A stretch of DNA of 47,718 nucleotides. Source: Candidatus Shapirobacteria bacterium. GTDB lineage: Bacteria; Patescibacteriota; Microgenomatia; UBA12405. This document shows, in pieces, positions 44,935-47,718 of the stretch. The first letter of the stretch is position 1. Each line of letters opens with the position of its first letter. The position numbers were made by a program, and so were the translations under genes. Location: NCBI GenBank assembly GCA_017992115.1, contig JAGOPG010000001.1:1-47718 (forward strand), written 5' to 3'. The notes under the pieces were generated by a model. The model was not told where the DNA came from and did no database searches. It worked only from the letters and a program-made list of their open reading frames with translations.

Positions 44935-46692
44935 ATGACTATGCTCAAAAGATTTTTTCATTCTTCGTTCTTTTGGCCAGTTTTACTTCTGGTGTTAATA
45001 ATCCCTACCTTTAGCTTTCTTATAAAACCCGGTCTATATTGGAATATGCACGATGACATGCAATTAGTCCGCCAGTTGGAAATGGATAAATGCCTTAAAG
45101 ACGGTCAAATTCCTTGTCGCTGGACTCCCGATTTAGGCTATGGTTATGGTTATCCACTTTTTAATTTCTATCCTCCTCTACCTTATCTCGTGGGTGAAAT
45201 AATACATCTTACTGGTTTTTCCTATGTTGAAACCGTCAAAATAGGCACTATTTTACTAATCTCTTTTTCTGCCTTGGCAATGTATTTATTAGGAAAGGAA
45301 CTAAAAGGTCCTTTTGCCGGTTTTTTGGCCGGATTATTTTATACTTATGCACCTTATCATGCCATGAATATTTTTGTTAGAGGAGCATTCAATGAAGCTT
45401 GGGCAAGTCTGTTTTTCCCCCTAATTCTCCTATTCTCTTATAAATATTTCAAAAATTTAAAAAATTCTACTTCACTATCTACTACTAACTATTCACTATT
45501 TACTCCTTTACTCCTCCTCTCCCTTTCCTGGGCTGGACTTTTTTTATCTCACAATCCCATGGCTCTAACATTTGTTCTTTTTTTTGCCCCCTGGTGTTTA
45601 TATTGGTATCTGACTATTACCAAAAAGATTGACTTTAAAATTATATTACCGTTAGTATATTCCGGACTTTTCGCTTTAGCCTTATCAGCTTTTTTTACCT
45701 TACCAGTACTTTTTGAATCAAAACTAACCCAAATAGAAAGTATGTTTGAAAATTATTATCACTATGGGGTTCATTTTTTGAGTATCAAACAATTACTTTT
45801 CAGCAACTTCTGGGGAGATGGTCCTTCAGTTTGGGGGTACCCCGACGCCATGTCATTTTCTATCGGTTACCTTTACTGGTTGATTCCGTTGATAATTCTC
45901 ATTTTTTATTCAGTAAAATTTTTCAAAAACCGCTCTTTTAAAAATTTTTTACCGATATTAATTGTCTTACTAGGCTTTTTTGGAGTAATTATGACCCACG
46001 AAAGGTTCTCTTTTTTGTGGATAATTCTCTCACCTATACAAAAAATACAATTTCCCTGGCGTTTTCTTAACCATTCTCTTTTCTTTTTCTCTCTTTCCTT
46101 TATTTTTATACCCGAAATTATCGATTCTTTTTCCAAGAAATTAAAATATTTTATTTTGCCAGTTTTAGTTATTGCTGTAATTTCCTTAAATTATAAATTT
46201 TTCTTTCCTATTTCATACGGCCCCTTAAAAGATGCTGAGAAATTTTCTGGCTTGGCTTGGACTAATCAGATAACCTCCGGAATTTATGATTATTTACCCA
46301 AAACTGCCTCTACTGCCGCCAAGGCACCAGCTAAAGAAATTCTTGATGCTGTCGATCCTGCAGATGCTAGTTTTGAGCTTCTTTCCTTCAAAAAGGGTAC
46401 CAATTGGTGGCTTTTTAACCTCAAAAACCAAGATCAAGCCAAATTTACCCTCTCTACTCTTTATTTTCCCAATTTTGAAATTTACGACAACAACCAGTTA
46501 ATAGACTACGAAATCGAACCAGAATTAGGGCGTATTGTAATTTCACTTTCTCCAGGTGAGCATCAAATCTATTTAAGGTTTGTCGATACTCCAATAAGAA
46601 AAATTTCTAATTACATTTCACTTTTCGCTTGGATATATATTCTTGTCTACTCTTTTTCACTTTTATGGAAAACAAAGAAATCGAAAATATAA
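44935..46692 (+). CDS. large polytopic membrane protein, putative GT-C-fold enzyme
   Basis: About 13 hydrophobic helices. First loop HDDMQLVRQLEMDKCLKDGQIPCRWTPDLGYGYGYPLFNFYPPLPY, and a soluble C-terminal beta-rich domain. Confidence 0.55.
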   Translation: MTMLKRFFHSSFFWPVLLLVLIIPTFSFLIKPGLYWNMHDDMQLVRQLEMDKCLKDGQIPCRWTPDLGYGYGYPLFNFYPPLPYLVGEIIHLTGFSYVETVKIGTILLISFSALAMYLLGKELKGPFAGFLAGLFYTYAPYHAMNIFVRGAFNEAWASLFFPLILLFSYKYFKNLKNSTSLSTTNYSLFTPLLLLSLSWAGLFLSHNPMALTFVLFFAPWCLYWYLTITKKIDFKIILPLVYSGLFALALSAFFTLPVLFESKLTQIESMFENYYHYGVHFLSIKQLLFSNFWGDGPSVWGYPDAMSFSIGYLYWLIPLIILIFYSVKFFKNRSFKNFLPILIVLLGFFGVIMTHERFSFLWIILSPIQKIQFPWRFLNHSLFFFSLSFIFIPEIIDSFSKKLKYFILPVLVIAVISLNYKFFFPISYGPLKDAEKFSGLAWTNQITSGIYDYLPKTASTAAKAPAKEILDAVDPADASFELLSFKKGTNWWLFNLKNQDQAKFTLSTLYFPNFEIYDNNQLIDYEIEPELGRIVISLSPGEHQIYLRFVDTPIRKISNYISLFAWIYILVYSFSLLWKTKKSKI

Positions 46693-47718
46693 AAACTCAA
46701 ACAACTCACAGTGTATTTTTCTTGACACTTAGAAATTTTGGAATTCAAGGAATTTCCACTCTTGGATTTTTTCTATTAACTATACTCTTGGGTACAGGTG
46801 ATGTTGGTCTATTTGCAATTGTTGCCGAATCTATAGGCATATTAGGTTATTTTTCAGATGTAGGCTTAGCCTCTGCACTTATTCAGCAAAAAAACGAACC
46901 TGATACCAAATCTCTTAGGACTACATTTACTATTCAACAAACTTTAGTTCTCCTTTGTTTGATTGTTTTAGCGATTTTTTACCCTCGCTTAGCCATATCA
47001 AAAAGTTATGGTGATAGGGAACTTTGGATTTTAATATCACTAGCTTTTTCCTTTTTTACTTCCTCTCTAAAAACTATTCCCTCTATCCGCTTAGAAAGAA
47101 AATTAAACTACAAATTAATTTCTACCGTTGATATTATCGAAAATATTCTTTTCTATTTGATAGCGGTAATCTTTGCCTGGAGAGGTTTTGGTACTTATTC
47201 TTATGCCATTGCCACCTTTATCAAATCCATAGTCGGACTAATAATTATTTATCATCTTTCCCCTTGGCCCATTGGTTTTGACTTCGACAAAAAAACAGCC
47301 AAAAAGCTTTTTTCATTCGGTATTCCATTTCAATTAAATTCCTTAATTTCCATGGCAAAAGACCGTTTTTCCAACATTTTTGTTGCCGGAATTTTAGGAC
47401 GTGAAGGCTTTGGCATTCTATCTTGGGCTCAAAAAGGTCCTCGTATCCCTTTAAGTTTTATGGATGCGGTAATGAGGGTTTCCTTTCCCACTTTTTCCCG
47501 TCTTCAGGGTGAAAAAGAATATTTAAAAAAATCTCTAGAGAAAAGTATTTATTTTATAGCTCTTTTGGTTTTCCCTTCTCTTTTAGGATTATCAATTTTA
47601 GCTCCCGACATAATAAATTTAATTCTTAAATATGGCAAATGGTTGCCAGCAGTAACCCCACTATATTTTTATGCCGCTTCATATGCAATTGCCTCAGTTA
47701 CCACCCCCATTACCAACG
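46665..47718 (+). CDS. Wzx-like oligosaccharide/polysaccharide flippase (MOP superfamily), 3' end runs off the window
   Basis: Not in the track (no stop in the window). Hand translation from ATG 46665 gives MENKEIENIKTQTTHSVFFLTLRNFGIQGISTLGFFLLTILLGTGDVGLFAIVAESIGILGYFSDVGLASALIQQK... The frame stays open to 47718, and the multiple-TM pattern is typical of Polysacc_synt flippases. Confidence 0.75.
   Translation, partial: MENKEIENIKTQTTHSVFFLTLRNFGIQGISTLGFFLLTILLGTGDVGLFAIVAESIGILGYFSDVGLASALIQQKNEPDTKSLRTTFTIQQTLVLLCLIVLAIFYPRLAISKSYGDRELWILISLAFSFFTSSLKTIPSIRLERKLNYKLISTVDIIENILFYLIAVIFAWRGFGTYSYAIATFIKSIVGLIIIYHLSPWPIGFDFDKKTAKKLFSFGIPFQLNSLISMAKDRFSNIFVAGILGREGFGILSWAQKGPRIPLSFMDAVMRVSFPTFSRLQGEKEYLKKSLEKSIYFIALLVFPSLLGLSILAPDIINLILKYGKWLPAVTPLYFYAASYAIASVTTPITN

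Noticed and set aside
1-47718. Alternative genetic code (UGA recoded to Gly, as in some CPR lineages)
   Set aside because: RF2 is encoded. TGA also terminates well-aligned genes at the expected ends, for example the HIT protein at 29791-29793 and the PPIase at 33215-33217. The standard code 11 fits.
1-47718. CRISPR arrays, rRNA, transposases, integrases, prophage or toxin-antitoxin/defence modules
   Set aside because: No spaced direct-repeat arrays, no long non-coding regions and no recognisable mobile-element or defence gene motifs were seen. The yraN-comM-dprA trio is a conserved housekeeping neighbourhood, not a defence island.

Overview
This is an AT-rich, very gene-dense bacterial window. 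Many genes overlap by 1-26 nt, and the code is standard: RF2 is present and TGA is used as a stop. Most of the content is housekeeping. It includes nucleotide excision repair (uvrB-uvrA and a short uvrC within about 7.5 kb), secA, lysS, serS, prfB, greA, typA, ssb, a long RelA/SpoT homologue and the yraN-comM-dprA trio. There is also an ftsE-ftsX operon followed by a coiled-coil cysteine-peptidase gene. A large Gram-positive-style envelope set is present: two LCP ligases, a sortase, a sorting-signal surface protein, two GT2 enzymes, about five polytopic GT-C-like membrane proteins and a Wzx-like flippase. Gene content and compactness suggest a Candidate Phyla Radiation (Patescibacteria)-like genome, but that is inference only. 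The one clearly accessory locus lies at about 3.2-6.1 kb, next to tRNA-Glu(CUC). It holds a radical SAM/SPASM enzyme (4468..5748, minus strand). 18 nt downstream, behind a perfect AAGGAGGTG Shine-Dalgarno, sits a 36-aa Cys/Asp-rich ORF (4339..4449) that is absent from the ORF track. I read this pair as a minimal, probably horizontally acquired RiPP cassette, ranthipeptide- or sactipeptide-like. Its possible accessory neighbours are an HExxH metallopeptidase and a 75-aa Cys protein that shares a CxDC-GW-EG motif with the peptide. A second window-wide pattern is that most operon-leading genes lack an SD and have a -10-like hexamer 5-8 nt before the start codon, which suggests leaderless mRNAs. 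No CRISPR array, rRNA, transposase or integrase was seen.
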